A stretch of DNA of 64,000 nt from Macrostomum hystrix (lineage: Eukaryota; Animalia; Platyhelminthes), in NCBI GenBank assembly GCA_950097015.1, contig CATNEN010000038.1, forward strand, positions 9,362,001 to 9,426,000, given 5' to 3'. The notes beneath the pieces were generated by a model. It searched no databases. It saw only the letters and a list, made by a program, of their open reading frames with translations, and was not told where the DNA came from. The first letter of the stretch is position 1; each line of letters starts with the position of its first letter. Shown piece after piece: positions 22,465-36,620 of the stretch. The translations under genes and the position numbers were made by a program.

Positions 22465-25400
22465 GTCTTTTAACAAGTTTGAGGCACTGCTGAAAATTCA
22501 AATGCTGCTGTTGTCTTTGTATACGAGCCAAATAATAATATTAAATATAAGCAAGCAGGCGAGAAGCTTGAATTTCATGACTTTTAAATTATATTTAGAT
22601 CTAAAAAACGGACTGTCTTCTCAGAAAAGCTAGTGACAGGAAATTATGGTTATAAGATCAGATTTTTTGGTCGTTTCAGTCCTCTAGCTAGCTGTGCCAA
22701 TTAGAGGTTTGAAAAAATTTGAATCAGCAGTTTCACGCTAGTCATCAGACCGAAGCCACATTGCAACAAACGGCAAAATAGCTACCTAAATATAAATACC
22801 TTCTGAAAATTGAGCGAGCGGAAATCCTGCCATATACAGAAGCTAAAACGATAAAAATCAGAGCATAAAATAACTAATTACGAAAAATAAATTTGTAAAG
22901 TTGGTCGCAAAGTGAAATATACAGTTAGAGAGTTAATAAAAACCATAATGTTAATGCATGTAGCTAGATAATTTATACTCGTAGTTTATAATGTGCTACT
23001 ATACAGCTTACTGCACAATACAGCAAAACTAATATTGGGTCTGTTAGGCCCGCTGGCTCATAAGTTAATGAGCCAAGGTAGAAAAAAATTTTACATTTAC
23101 ACGTCCTCGAATAAGTTTAAACGTGGATGCAGTGGAAAATGTCTCTTAGTGTGCGAAATTTTTACAAAAAAGCAGCTATGCGCATGTTGAATTCGTGTGT
23201 AACTCAAATAGCACAAGTAAGTGCAAGTAGTCATGTAATCAATATATTAAATTCGATATCTTTAGAATTGTTTTCTTATAATACAAAATAAACAATAAGA
23301 CTTAAATGCATATATTTTATTGCATAAATTTGTTTAATGCAAGCGTGCTGACAAAGTTTGGCTCTCTTTTAATAACATAAAAATCTAAGAAACAATCACG
23401 CTGAACTACATGTTGCAAGCGTTTTGTGAACTACATTTATACTTTTGAGTGCTGAAAAAATATTTACTTGAATATCTCGATTTGACTTCAGTAGCTCATT
23501 TGTGAACTCTATTTATAAGGTAAGTGTTATCTTTTTACTGCTTACATGTTTCATAGTTACATACCTTTACCGTCATATTACATTCATATTTCACCTAATT
23601 CCAAATTCAATGGATGTACGTACGCTCGTTACAATAGTAACTAATATAATGTTTTACAGGGCATACTTACAATGAGAAGAGCACCACACAAAATGTAGTA
23701 TTTCAAAAAGTTAGAAGATATATGCTTTTCAAAATGCCTGTAATAAATTCAGTAGATCGAGTAGTACGATAAAACTTTTTAACCACAATTGCAATGTGAA
23801 AAATCTCAAGTTGTTTCAAAACTTGTGTATTTTTGCTGTACAGTATATAGCATCCGGTTTGGTAGCAATTAAAGGTTATATTAATGAAACTTTTATTTAT
23901 AGAAAAGTAACATTTTCCATTGATTGGTATTAGAATATAGTTATATGCATTTTATGTATGCCATACAAATAAAAGATATGTCATCATATGTTGTTTGGCT
24001 GTCATGTATATTTAAATTTTATGAAAATACAGTTAATATATTTATATAGGATACCTCTTAATACATTTTTACTCATTTTATAATTTATAATTTCAAATGT
24101 TGTTGGCCTATTTAGCTTGTTAGTTTTTTTGAGTCAAATCAATATTATAAAAGTAAAGTATAGCTAGCACCTAGCTATATATGAAGTAGCTAGCTCTATT
24201 GGTAAAACATAGTTTTTGCTAGCTCAGGTGTGTTATTTATTGGTTTTCATACTAATTCTGTGACTGAGCTAATTGTACTCAACTATTGCTTTATTTAGCA
24301 CCTGGTCAATGTCCTACTAGGTTTTGTATTGAGTTCATTTTTTACTTGGACTTCTGAAGTGTTTTTGTTGTAAAAATTATTTCTTATAATTAAAATATAA
24401 AAACTTTTTTGCTTCAATAGGACTGCTCAATTTGTGATTTTTATAAAATGTAAAATAATATTTTAATGATATTTACAACGATTTAACTGTTCGCTGCCAT
24501 AGAAAGTAGTATGGTTCGGTTGCTACATGCGATATTTAGGTATTTTGTGTTTTCCTCATTCAGATGTTTGCTGTTTAGCTATGCTAATCATTATTAGCTA
24601 GCTAGTAGATCACTAATTGTCAGTTTTTCAGTTTGACAAAACAAATTAAACAGCCTTAACTTCAGACTTTATTCGTCTTGTTATCCGTGCCGCTTTACAA
24701 CTCAATATTGCTTCTTAAGAGAACGAACCTGTTTTTTAACTGACCCGAAGTCTGCGTCAGTGAGATTTCTAAAAAAAGAAATATTTAAATATTCATCAGG
24801 ACAGCTTGGCTTTCACTCAGGGCCAACAGCAGTTTGTTAGAATTAGCCCGGAACCAGGGCTTTAAAAGTATCATTTTAGGGAACTAGACTAGTGCGACCT
24901 GGGCTAATGCGTGAAGGCGACGGGTAGAGAGGAAAATCGGCGACCGATCTGATTGGCTGAGCCGAAACTGGGCGCTGAACTGCTTCCAGGGGAAGAAGCT
25001 TGGCGCGGGGTGGCCTCGTCGCTGGTTCCTATTTTTGGGCTTCCCTGGGCTTCTCCACCGAGTCCTGCCGCAACCCACACAAATTTAGCTTCCAAATCAA
25101 CCGGGCCTAAGCCTGTTGCAGGTACTGCTTCCGTTTTGCCTTTAGATTTGTCTTCATTCGAGAGGCAGCCATTGATTTGGATTGGTTAATTCTCAAAACG
25201 ACGTCGGACAGAATTGAGTCGATTCCAAATTTGCTTACTTAAAAGTACAAATATTTGAGGAAAAAATTGAGTTGGAAAGTTTTAGCGATGCTCGCTGACT
25301 TAGTATCAAAAGTACACTGCGCATAGTGCGGCCTCCAAAACATTTTTTGAAACGGCGCGCTTTTCCTGGATGCAACGAACCCAAGCCTGCCTGCCTGTTG

Positions 25401-25531
25401 CGACCTGCTCAACCAGCCCGCGAAGTCTGTCCGTTTCTTGATGAGTGAGCGTTTTTTCACTTACAGTTGCTTGAGCTTGTCGTTTGGGCTAAACTGTCTG
25501 TATTCAGAAAAAAGGCGACGAATTCCCGCAG

Positions 25532-26182
25532 TGTCCGAGTTCAACATCTCGGCCATCGGCATGAAGGCGCAACGTAAGCTGGCCAGCGGTTTGTCCACCC
25601 GCAAGACCGCGCGCCTAATCCTTGACGAGCGCGCCAACAGCCTATTGGATAAGGCCTTCCGGGTGCTGCTTCTTGTGTCCTCCAGTAGAAAAGAGGCCGA
25701 GAAAGTCACGAAGTGTGTCATCAAGCTGGTGGTGAAGCTCGGGCTTCTGGCACGGCACGATCAGTTCAGCGCGGAGGAGGCGGACGCTGCAAGGCAGCTG
25801 CGCCAGAGATTCCGCAGCCTCATCATGTCCATAAGCAGCTTCCACCGCATCGAGTTCACCTATGACAGGCGCTTTCTTCTCGACCAGCTGGAGGCCTGCC
25901 ATTGCCTGCTTCGCGCCATGCTGCTGTCTCACCTCACTGAGAAGTCCCAGGCCCGCTTGGAGCTCGTCTTCGAGTTCTTCTGCCGACCGACCGTGCTGGA
26001 TGGCGTGTTTCAGGTATAGCATTGTCAGCTCATCCATCCAATTCTCTGCCTTCCGATTCCAACTATCATAGGCACTATTATCAACCGGACACTTTCAGAC
26101 GTCCACGGACTGCAGCCTCCGCTCAGCCGTTACGCAACTCTGTCGAGAGTTGGACGACTTCCTTGACAGCGGCATTCTCTGA
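25532..26182 (+). CDS. TNFAIP8: TNF-alpha-induced protein 8 family (TIPE, DUF758); start codon uncertain
   Basis: Exons 25532-26013 and 26099-26182. SEFNISAIGMKAQRKLAS, KEAEKVTKCVIKLVVKLGLL, SFHRIEFTYDR, HLTEKSQARLELVFEFF and C-terminal LCRELDDFLDSGIL* fit the TIPE fold. The start could be ATG 25441, ATG 25561, or an upstream exon (phase-1 donor at 25122). Confidence 0.88.
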
Positions 26183-29100
26183 GGCTTTTGAAGCTCTGAA
26201 CCAACAAGAGCGCCGCATTGAATGATATTGTGCTTTTCAATCGATTGGGGGGGAATCTTGGAGTTAAGATTTTCGGATCCCAGATTAGCTAATAAAGGGT
26301 GACATTATGAAATATTTCTCTGTAACGTGAGATTACTGTTTATTAATCGTAGGTTTTGCGTCGGTTGGTTAATATTTAACCGATTCATTGATTTCTCTTC
26401 ATTTCATCGTGAATCGTCTGGCTTTGTTCTGTGTGCTTTGTTGTAAAATCTTGTATACTTTTACAGTAAAAACCTTCCCAGCTGCTTCAATCCTGAGATT
26501 TTAATGTCTTTGTCTTTATCTAGTCCTTGATTTTGTTTTTTTGTCATCCAAGTTTTTTCTGAAGTTAGTCGTAGGAAAGGTTGTGAGCTTTGATGAGAAT
26601 TGAGTTAGTTTGCTATTTCCTAAATCCCATTACTCTAGGCATGTTTATCGAATTTGATGTATGTCAAGCAAAGTTCACATTTGTACAGTTCAGAAGACAG
26701 GCATCGATTGGTTTAAATACACGTTTCTGTGTACACGTGAACTGTTGAATTCGAAATTTAACTTCTGCTATTTAGCGATACTAAATATTGTTTTAATTTT
26801 ACCAAAAAGTTCACTGCCAGCTTAATGTATTTTTCTCTCCACTTGACGTCACACAATAGGACTGTACACTGTCGAGCCGCTTAGGTATCGCACCGCTTGT
26901 GTGTGATACGCGTGATGCTTTAAGGCCGCGAGTTCTGATTGGCTGATTGTTGTCGCATGAGAGATAAATGGTTTTAGCTGTGACTCATTCCAGGGCAGGC
27001 AAAGATGCATCCACCTAGCTGTTGCAAATTGTTGCAAATTATTGATACAAATTGCTTGCATTGTCGAGAATGTTACTCTGCCCGAACACTTCTGGAACTC
27101 TATATATTTTTATGAACGACGAAAGTCCCAAGACTGTACCAGTAAAAAATTCGTATACCAGAAAAACCTAGCGTCTAATATTAGTTCACTACAGCTATTA
27201 TTACAAGACATTAGTTGCAATAGTACTCGTATTAACAGAGATACATTCCGCTAGCAGGCATTTTGGATGTATTTTTGACCTTTTTCCACCCTGGCTGAGA
27301 GCAGCCGAGGACTGGAGGCTGCAGCGACAGCCCAGCAGCTGAAGTCCGACGGCTGATCAGCGGCCTGCATGCGGGCTTAATACAATTAAAGGCCTGCTCA
27401 CTGCATGGCGAGTGTCACTGCAAATTATCACTTGGCCGGATGGTAGAAGCAGCAACTGCGGTCTAGCTATCGGAATGCAGAGGCAAATGCTGCATGTTCT
27501 GCGCGGATCATAAATTTGTATAGAATAGCCAGAGAAAACTGAGAGCCAGCCAGGGGAGGCGAGAGCAGTAGGAGAGACATGGTGAAGATGGGGAAGGCAT
27601 CACTGCTTTTTTTGCTAACCAGTATCTGCCACCCGATACCGGCCTGATTTCTTGCCCTCAGTCTCCACTTCTAATTGCTGCGAGCTGGGCGAGCAGGCAA
27701 GCGAAATGAAGCTGCAAACATTGCCGCTGCTGCTGCTGTTTTTTTAAGAATTTCTTTTCGCTTGCATCCAGGCAACTCTCGCGACAATTAAGATTACGAC
27801 AGTCAGGGAGGGGGATTTATAGTGACGGCCGACTGGCTATTCGGGCACACATCGCTGTGCGAACAAAACAGCTAGTCTAACAGTTTCTGTAGGTTTTTAT
27901 GGCGCAGGTCCTTCCTCAGGCTTTTACAAACGAGGTGGTGCCTTATTGCCTCGCGCTACTAATATAGAAAATGTTGGTTGGCGCCTTCAGGAATCTGAAG
28001 TATAAGGGGCCAAAAAAGTGGCCAGATGCCAGCCTCCTGTGTGCCAAAGTCTTGCGAACTTTAGGCAGCGTCCAGGCATGTGCAGAATGGCCAGCTAATA
28101 CGCTTCATTACGTGGAGCACTCAACTTGTCGTCGGGCAAATGTCACCCATGATGCTCGTATTTCAGTTTGTTGAAAGTTGAAGCCGCGAGAGGTCGTATT
28201 TTACTTTGCTTCCAAGCAGCGCTGCGGCCACATTGTGACCTGTCAACTGAACCAATCAGTGCCGACGCATGCGGTTAAGACTTAAATTTGTTCACTTGGT
28301 CTGGCTTCCCTCGCATTCGCCAGGTCTTGAAACATCTGTCGTTCTTCCGTCTCTCGATACTGTCTCACTGAGCGTCACTGCGAATGTCCTTTTACAGTAG
28401 TTCTGTTGGGTAGGGTTTGTTACAGTTGTATGGCGATGTCTGTCTGATTTGACATACTGTTTTTTTTACTTTCCTGCGCATAGGCTAGACACTAATGGAA
28501 GCGTGCATCGAGTCCAAACATCAGGCGCGCGATACTTCACTAGCCCAGAGGGGCTGACCTGCAATCTGTGTGAGTGATAAGTCCCTGAAACGATTGACTG
28601 GACTATGGCCTGCGCTAGCAAGTCTATTCAATTCTTGAATTCGTAAACATTTCAATTCCTGCTCTGTAAGTCTGCCAGTATGCATATTTGGTCGCGAATC
28701 GGTTGTCAATAGTTGCTTTCGCTGCCGAACACTTTATACGCACGTAAATATAAATTTGAATCAGACAAAGATGTGTGTTTTACTTTCCATAGAACGGTTA
28801 CACTGCCAGCAATCGTACTCTCATTACACTGAACAAATATTCATATCTCAACTCTGTAGTCGGTGAGTCCCCTTGGCAACTTTCAGTCTTCTTCCGTCTA
28901 ACATCAGTATAGCAGCGCCAACTCTATAGTAATAGAAAAGTGGTCTTGGAGGGTCCTTCGCCTGGCTTGCAGCTGCCAGCTGGTCATTTTCTCAGTCCGG
29001 CTGAGCTGAATTCTACTCGAAGGATGTGGTCACTGTATAGCTGGAAGGCTACTTAACAGTAGAACTACCAAGGGGGGAATTCCCCCCCCCGACAATTATT

Positions 29101-32100
29101 TGTGCTGCACCCGAACTGAGCAGTCAAAGCTCACAAAACTCAAGAAGACTATTTTTTGCGCATCTTCTGAAACAATAATCTAGCCACCAGCCCTTCAGAC
29201 CATCGAGATATTCAACGGCTCTGGCCGAGGGTCAGATTTTTTCACATGAGAGCTAGTATTTTTCATACACTCCTATACACGAATTCGCACTGTGCCTCAG
29301 TGCGGCCTTCCCAGGCCTTCAAGCTTTATCAGCACGTCATCCGAATGTGCTTGCATCATCTCCGACTTCTGTGGTCACCGACCTTGAACTAGACAGAGCT
29401 GCTGGACCTTCAACAAGTAATATTTGAGTCTACGCCATAATCGAGGCTTAATCAGCGAAAGTATAAAAATTCGCTTGACAGACTCCATTGCCAGCTGGAG
29501 GCACCCTGCTGACTATGCTGACGGTGTCGGGGTGATGACTGATAGGTTGACAGACAAGGCGAGTGTCCTCTGGTTCCACTTGTTAAAGGTCACTTGTTGA
29601 AAAATCACCTGTTGAATTAAAGCGGGCGGAAAAATGGCTTGGTAGTGAAACCTTCCTGCTTGAAGGAGCCTAACTTGAATGCCCCCACGGCTGGCCAATA
29701 AGCGAGGCAATGCTTTGTCACTCCGTCGCTATTGTACTGTTTTATGTTGGAATGGATTCGAACGCCGTACTATTTTTATCTTTGCTAGCTGACATACCTC
29801 CTGAGTCCCTGAGTCCCTGAGTCCCTGGCTCCCTGGGGAGAGCGAGCTTAAAAACACAATTTCCTTGTTTGGCTCCCTGCGCAGCCATTGTAACAGCGCC
29901 GTTTTTTATAGTCAACGTGAATTTTAAAGCTGTCATTTGGCTTTTGTTAGCACTCTCTCGTCCTGAAAACCGTAAATGGGTAAAACTGACAGAAAAGATG
30001 AGGCAGTACGAAGGTGATAAATCCAGACACGTTTCACTGCTGTTTGTTCGCTGTAGTTTTCAAACATGATCCATTTGGGCAAATATTTTTTATCTTATAA
30101 AGTCAGTCCCAAAACAGACTGGAGCCACCAGTAGGTGAGGCTTGGAGAGTGAATCTGCGCAATGGCAAGCAATAAAAATTGGTAATCGAATTACCCCTTC
30201 GATGAAAGCGGATGGAGTAGTCGGACTGGGCAAGCCCGGGTCCAGCATTTTCCATACCGTTTTCCCTTCTTATATGCAGCAAGAAGCGTTCATTATTAAT
30301 TCATCAGTCATGCGGCCATGAAGCGAGTGGGGCAACTGTGCCACAAACTGTACGAGTAAAGGTGAAACACTACTGCATCCGAGATACATGCGTTGGCCAT
30401 GCGACTAGTTAACTTTGAGCTAGTTTAGACTGAGTACAAGTCAGTAGTGGATTGAGAGGAAGTTGTTGCTGGGGAAATACGAGGAAATCTTTTTTGCTCT
30501 TGCTTCTGCTAGGTACACATATCGATTTTTATCAAAAAGTCGTGTCCTATGACTTTCGGGGCTGATATATTTGAAGCTAAACAATTCTGCAGTTTAACTG
30601 TGGCTGTATATAAAGTTACATGATCGATAAACATTTCCGTTAAGTTCAGTCCTGATACCTCGCTGGCGTTGATGCTTCCTCAGAGTGCGTTGGTACTATT
30701 GCACCCGCTCCGTGAAATTAAATTTCTCTGCCTTGGTTTGCCTGCTCGGACGAGCGTGAGAAAGCATCAGAACAGTTGCTTACTGTACTCAGGGTGCTGC
30801 CCTAATATCTCTCATTCCGAAAACGGGTTTTGCTCCAGAATTCGAATCGCAACAATTGCGATTGGCTATTGCGCGCCTGCTCTTGCAACTTGCTTGGCGC
30901 GTTATGAGATATCAAATCATCAGGGACCAGTTTTGGTTTCCGAGTCGTTAAAACATTGTAGCGCTTTATTGATTAGCGAATACAGGAGTCAAAAGTTAAT
31001 TTGGCTCCGTCATTGTGGGCTTCGAGCTAGGCTTGCAAGCCGTTTTTATAATGTGATCTTGCGAATTCAAAGCTAACTTTCAAACATCGATTGAAAAATG
31101 CTAATAGATAGATATTAATCTATAGCTTACTACTCAAGTAAGTTTATATAGGTATTTAAAAGCTTCGTTCAATTCGAGATTATATAAGTATTTAGTATCT
31201 TTTAGCAGTTTTTAGTATCTAAAACGCTGGAAGCAATATTTTTTTCCAAAACGAGTTGGATAAGAATGATGACGAGGGAGGTAATTTGGTCAGAACTCTA
31301 TTAACTAGTCAAAATAGACCACTCAACAAGGAGGCCTAGGCATTTGTTGCTATCTGCAGTTTCAGGAAGCTAAATTCAGAGATCATAAAGGAACTGGAGA
31401 GCAGGGGGAGGTTAACTAAGAAACAGTCTTGATAAAGCAGCATACTCAAGGGTCCGGGTTCTTCATCTCGTCTCTTTCCAGCCCTCTCCTAGCGCGTATG
31501 CTACTTAAACATAGGCCCTTATCGCTGCTCCCTGGAGCCAGGCTGCTAGCCTAGTCTATAGCTGAGACGAGATTCCACTTGTATTATTGTATCGTCCATC
31601 TTCTGGCCGCTTGGAGCACGGTTTATTGGCCGCATTGATCCGTGAGCGCCGCTCTCTACATTCGGACGCATTAAGTAACGGATACACTCGGGGACGGCGA
31701 CCACTAGCCTCTTGAATCTAAGCCTGTAGGTGGAGCCTATCTATATGGAAATATGCTTCAGTCGTCAGTCCCTTATTATAGTTAATCTGGACAAGTGAGG
31801 TCATACATTTTCAATGCCTCACTATAGTTTTAATTCGAAAACAGAGGGTTGCGATCCAAGGAATTGCTTAAGCATCGCGCATCCTAGTGTTCAATGTACC
31901 TGATTGATTGTTATATAACTAATCACACTCTGAAAGTGCAGTTGTAACCAGAACGCAGGCAGCAAGGAGAATCTTCGAGCGACTCTGCGTTTTCTCGTGC
32001 TGCAAAAGTTTATCCCAGGCAATTTCAGCTGCTCTTTTTCTACTTGATCTCAGATCTGGTTCGCTTTGTATTAATCTGCGCCTTTCGTGACTGAGCGCCT

Positions 32101-32576
32101 TTTTGTTGCCTAAATTGGTTTCTGTAGATCAGACAGAGCTCTCGGCCCCGAGGGCCCAGTCGACGATTATGAATCAATGCGCACTGTCTACTCTCTGAGT
32201 TTGCTGTAGCCTATCCACGGGTTTTTCATTCATTGAAATCAACCATTTCAGAATGCATTTTCTAGTTGTGCTTTTTTGTCCATTTCCGTACAGAGTTGCC
32301 AGTTTATGGTCTTAACTCCAGGCAATTTATTTGTGACTATAAAGCATTCTAATTCGTATTCAAAGGCGCGCACATTAATCTAGCTAATCCTTTCTGCTAG
32401 AAAAACTTTCAAAGCGTGGGATATTAACCGCCGACTATTCCCACGCTTCGGGTTGAACCTTTGAGCTTGAGAAAATTTTCTCAGATTTAAGCTGATGTGA
32501 CCTGTGGTACGCCCTAACTCAAATTGTCTGTATTGCTTTTTAAAAAACTCCTTTGTAATTGAGCTAAAATTTGAGC

Positions 32577-35500
32577 ATGAGCTACCCCGATGTTGTCAAG
32601 TCATCCAGGAACCAAAGCACCCAGAGGCCCGTTAACGTCTTGCAGCGAAGTCAGGTGAGCCCGGCCGCACTAATCGAGAGCGATGCCGGAATTAAAAAGG
32701 GTCACGTCAACAACATCGCTAACTTATTCGGATCGCAGCAGAACCCTTCAGTGTCTAGAAAAGCATCGACTAATCGAAGTCGTCAGCAAAATGGCAGCGA
32801 TGCAAGTTTTGCCAACACAACTGCGATCACAAGAGCTAAGCCGACGCGCATAGCAGTTGTGCCAAGGGAAACGGGAATTCAGTCGAGCCATGCGCAGCCA
32901 GTGTCGCAGTCCAGGCCTAATAACTCTGGAGAATTGTCGCCAAAGTCGTCGTCTACGCCGCGTCCGGCGCCATGGCCAAAGTCCACGGTGGGCCAGTTGA
33001 AACCAGTTAAAAGCTTTGGAAAATCTGACTTAGATTTTCACGCGAGTTCTACTGAGGTCCGCACTAGCGAGACCAGCCGTCCAAGCACTACCGGGCAGCC
33101 AACCATTGTAATCAACAAGGCTAAGTACGTCCCAAAGACGGCCCAAGCTGATGTTAAACCGGATCTGAATGCTAGGAGACAAAGCAGTGAGCTACCTAGC
33201 TCCGTCAAAGTTGGACGATGGACAGTGTATGAAACGTTGCCATTTGGAAGTAAGCTGAACAAAAGCACGGAAAAGGAAGATAATGATCGTGAGGCACTGA
33301 AGAAAAAGGAAGATGAAAACTGGAAGCAACGTGAGGCTGTGGAACGGAAGAGAATTGCCGAGGCTGAGCGACGTAAAGATGAGAACGATAAGAAGCACCG
33401 CGAAGAACTGGAGGCACTGGAAAGGCGTCGTCTTCAGGAATCAGCAGCTGAAGATGAGCGGCGTAGCAAAGAACTCGAAAGGGAGAAAGAAGAGAGGCGC
33501 CAAAGAGCAGAAGAGGAGAAAAAGCGACGCCGGGAAATGGAAGAACAAGAGAGACGAAGAATGGAGGAGGAGCGCGAAATTGCCAGGCTGGAAAACGAAA
33601 GACGCATTCGTGAAGCTGGCGAAAAACGGCGCCTTGAGCTCGAGCGAGAAGAAGCGAATAGGCGTCTGCGAATGGAACGACGAAGACAGGAAGAGCAGGA
33701 GGAGCTTCAAAGAAGAAGAGATGAGGATGAGAGACGTCGCGGCGAGGAACGGCGAAGAGAGGAAGAGTCTCGTAAGAGGGACAGGGCAAAAGCTTTGGAT
33801 AGCGACCCCGACCTATATACGACCGAAGAGTGGACTGTTCATGAAAATGTTCCATTACACCCGGCTGGCCTTGTAGCGTCGCAAAGCCATCCGTCTTTTA
33901 ACTCACACGATTCGGGTTCCTCGCTCGGGTATCGCAGCTTGCAGCGATCCGGTGTCAATGGAGCTTACAGTGACTTCAATGCTAACATTGAGAGTGAATA
34001 CATGCGCAATCTGCGCGAGATAGAACAGAAGCGTCGTCATCAAGAGCAGGAAGATAAGAAACAAAGGGATCGTGAGGCTCAACGTCAGCAAATGATTCGC
34101 GAGGAAGAGGAAAAGAGACGCCAAGATCAGTCCAGGAGACAACAGTCGGACAGTCAGAGATTAAAAGAAGGTGTACAAGAGTGGAGTGCTTTGGCCGATA
34201 AGGAGCTTTACGATTCCGGTTCCGTAGTTGGTTATCGTCGGTTTTTAGACTGTCCGGATAACAGAAATGATCCAGCAAATAATGCCAGAGCGCATGAAAA
34301 TACCAAAAAACTGCCAGAAAAAGAGGAAGTTGGCAAAAGGGATCGACGAGACGTAGAAGAGCAAAAACGTCGCGATGAAGATAAAGCCAATGAGAGAATG
34401 CGTCGAGAGGCTGAAGAAAGACGACGTCGAGAGGATGAGGAAGCTAGGGCGAGAATGCGTCGAGAGGCCGAAGAAAGACGGCGTCGAGAGGAGAGCCAGG
34501 AGCGCCATCGCAATGACGAAAGCAGAAGGCGCCAAGAGTTGGAAGCTGAGCAAAAGCGTCGAGAATTAGACTTTATGCGTCAGCGCGACGAAGATCAGAG
34601 ACGCCGGGAGAGTGAAAAGCAGCGCATTCGCCAGCACGAAGAAGACAAAAGAAGGCGTGAGAGAGAGCAGATTCAAAGGGACATTGAAGAGCGACAACGC
34701 TTGGATGATCAAAGAATGCGGAAAAATGCTAATCAGCCGAGCAAATACAATGCAGATAATCGGTTTGATTCTTGGAAAAAGAATTACGCAAGACTCAATA
34801 GTGATCAGGATGACTCTGATATCTTTGTACATGATGAGTGGACTGTTTATGAGTCAGCACCAACTCAGCAGCAAGCCCCTATAAACCGTGGTCTAAGTCG
34901 AGAGGATTCGGTCGTTGGCTACCGTCGATTGCTAGACGAGAGCAGCGTTAGGCCGCTGGTAAACAGAAATTATGAAAGTCGGTTCAACGACAGAACGACT
35001 CGAACTAAAGTTCGTATTACTGACGACGAAGAAGCTGGCAGACGACGGCGCACAGAGACTTCAAGTCATTTGAGCCGCCGCGGCCGAGATCCGACTGAGT
35101 TGACTCCAGAAAAGGAGGACACGCTGCGCTTTGAAGAATGGACTGAGTACCAGTCAGTGCATCAATCAGCTAAGCCTGGTAACTCGGCGTCCGCTAGTAA
35201 TGAACTGAATAGTTCGCATCACCGCAGGTCGAGCAGCTCGTCTGATGATAGCAGAGATGCACCGAAATTCGAAGAATGGACCGTGGTCCATCGGGTTCCC
35301 GCGCCTCGGATTAATAGTGCGTCTGGACACGATACTGTCGATACAGATGCTAAGGAGCACAGAGCTGAGACTTCTGAGTATCAGCATGATGACCTAGACG
35401 ATGTGTGGCAGTCAATCGGTGGTTGGAGGCAGCAGGTGTCTCACAAGCGGCGCATCAAATCAACCGACAGTCTCAATCTTACTGACTCAAACGGTATGTT

Positions 35501-35925
35501 AGCCATGCAGCTTATATGAATATTCTAGTATTCTACATGTTGACGAAAAAGTGGCCCGGATAAAGTTGACTTTTACGATTACAGAGGTTGCCTCAATCCC
35601 AGTGGAGGAGATCATGCCTCGTCGTCGTGACAGCGGCCGTCGTCAACGCGAAGTCATGATGGCGGCGGCCCTGCGCCAGCTGGAATCAGCTCCATCGTCG
35701 GGCTTCGCCGATGCGAACGAAGCTCCTGCCGATGCCGCTGCGGACACTCCGACAGCTCGCATGAGTCCCTACCACAGCTACCAGAGAATCCATCACGACC
35801 ACCGCGGTCGCTATCGGGACGACTATTCACCTGCGGCTGTTGGAGTCGGCAGCAATGGCAACATCTTTCAAGACAGCTTCAGAGTCAGGCGCGACAATCC
35901 GGCCTACCTTTGGCAGGAGGCCTGA
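32577..35925 (+). CDS. Uncharacterised ~1,080-aa disordered protein with E/R/K-rich single-alpha-helix (trichohyalin-like) segments and repeated acidic-W motifs
   Basis: Long ORF 32577-35493 that is not a DNA tandem repeat, a phase-1 intron 35494-35584 (GTATGT...TTACAG), and last exon 35585-35925. AATAAA near 36082. No family recognised. Confidence 0.8.
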
Positions 35926-36410
35926 AGCCATGAATGCCTTTTACGAGATTAAAACGTTAAAATTATTTTAATTGCACATTTATATTTTTCTTAACTGCTA
36001 ACTATGCAAAATGGGTAAAGATAGTAGAAAAAAACAATGAATCATATATTTTCTCTCTTTATATCTTAATGTGAGTTTATAAATAAAACAGTTTACGCTC
36101 GCAATCTATCTAGTGAATTTTGATTTCAAATATATATTTTTGTAACCCAGACCGACCTTAGAAAAATGATACTGAACTTCGCTTTCTTACCTCAAATATA
36201 TGTAGACTTTGTGATATAGACTTTTTACGGACTATACTACTATAGTTCCAAAAGTAGCGAATAAATAATTTCATTGGCTGCATAATAAGTTTGATTTTAT
36301 TTATTGAATATTCCGATCAATGATAAGTGATCTTATTCTTGGCAGTTCTTGTAGTTATTGTCGATGGTCAGACAGATCGGATGTAAAATAGTAATATTAG
36401 CTATTTATTA

Positions 36411-36558
36411 CATGGACTGTGGAGACGCCACACCTACCCTCAATTACCCAAGCTGATACTGGTACCTATTTAACGGCTGCGTTAACTGAAGCGCTTTAAA
36501 GTAAAGTGTCGTGCTAAATGACGAACCATTCGGGAAACGAACCTCCGACCTTTAAGTC
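36411..36558 (-). mobile_element. Degenerate CORE-type SINE family A fragment just upstream of DHRS7B
   Basis: Similar to 61570-61730. Confidence 0.7.
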
Positions 36559-36620
36559 AATATTCCAACGCTCTAGTCACGATTCTAAAACCCCAAAGCA
36601 AAACCTTTGCAGCGATCGCC

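Noticed and set aside
26300-32400. Short ORFs between TIPE and the SAH gene
   Set aside because: No recognisable homology or coherent exon chain; may hold UTR exons or decayed TEs.
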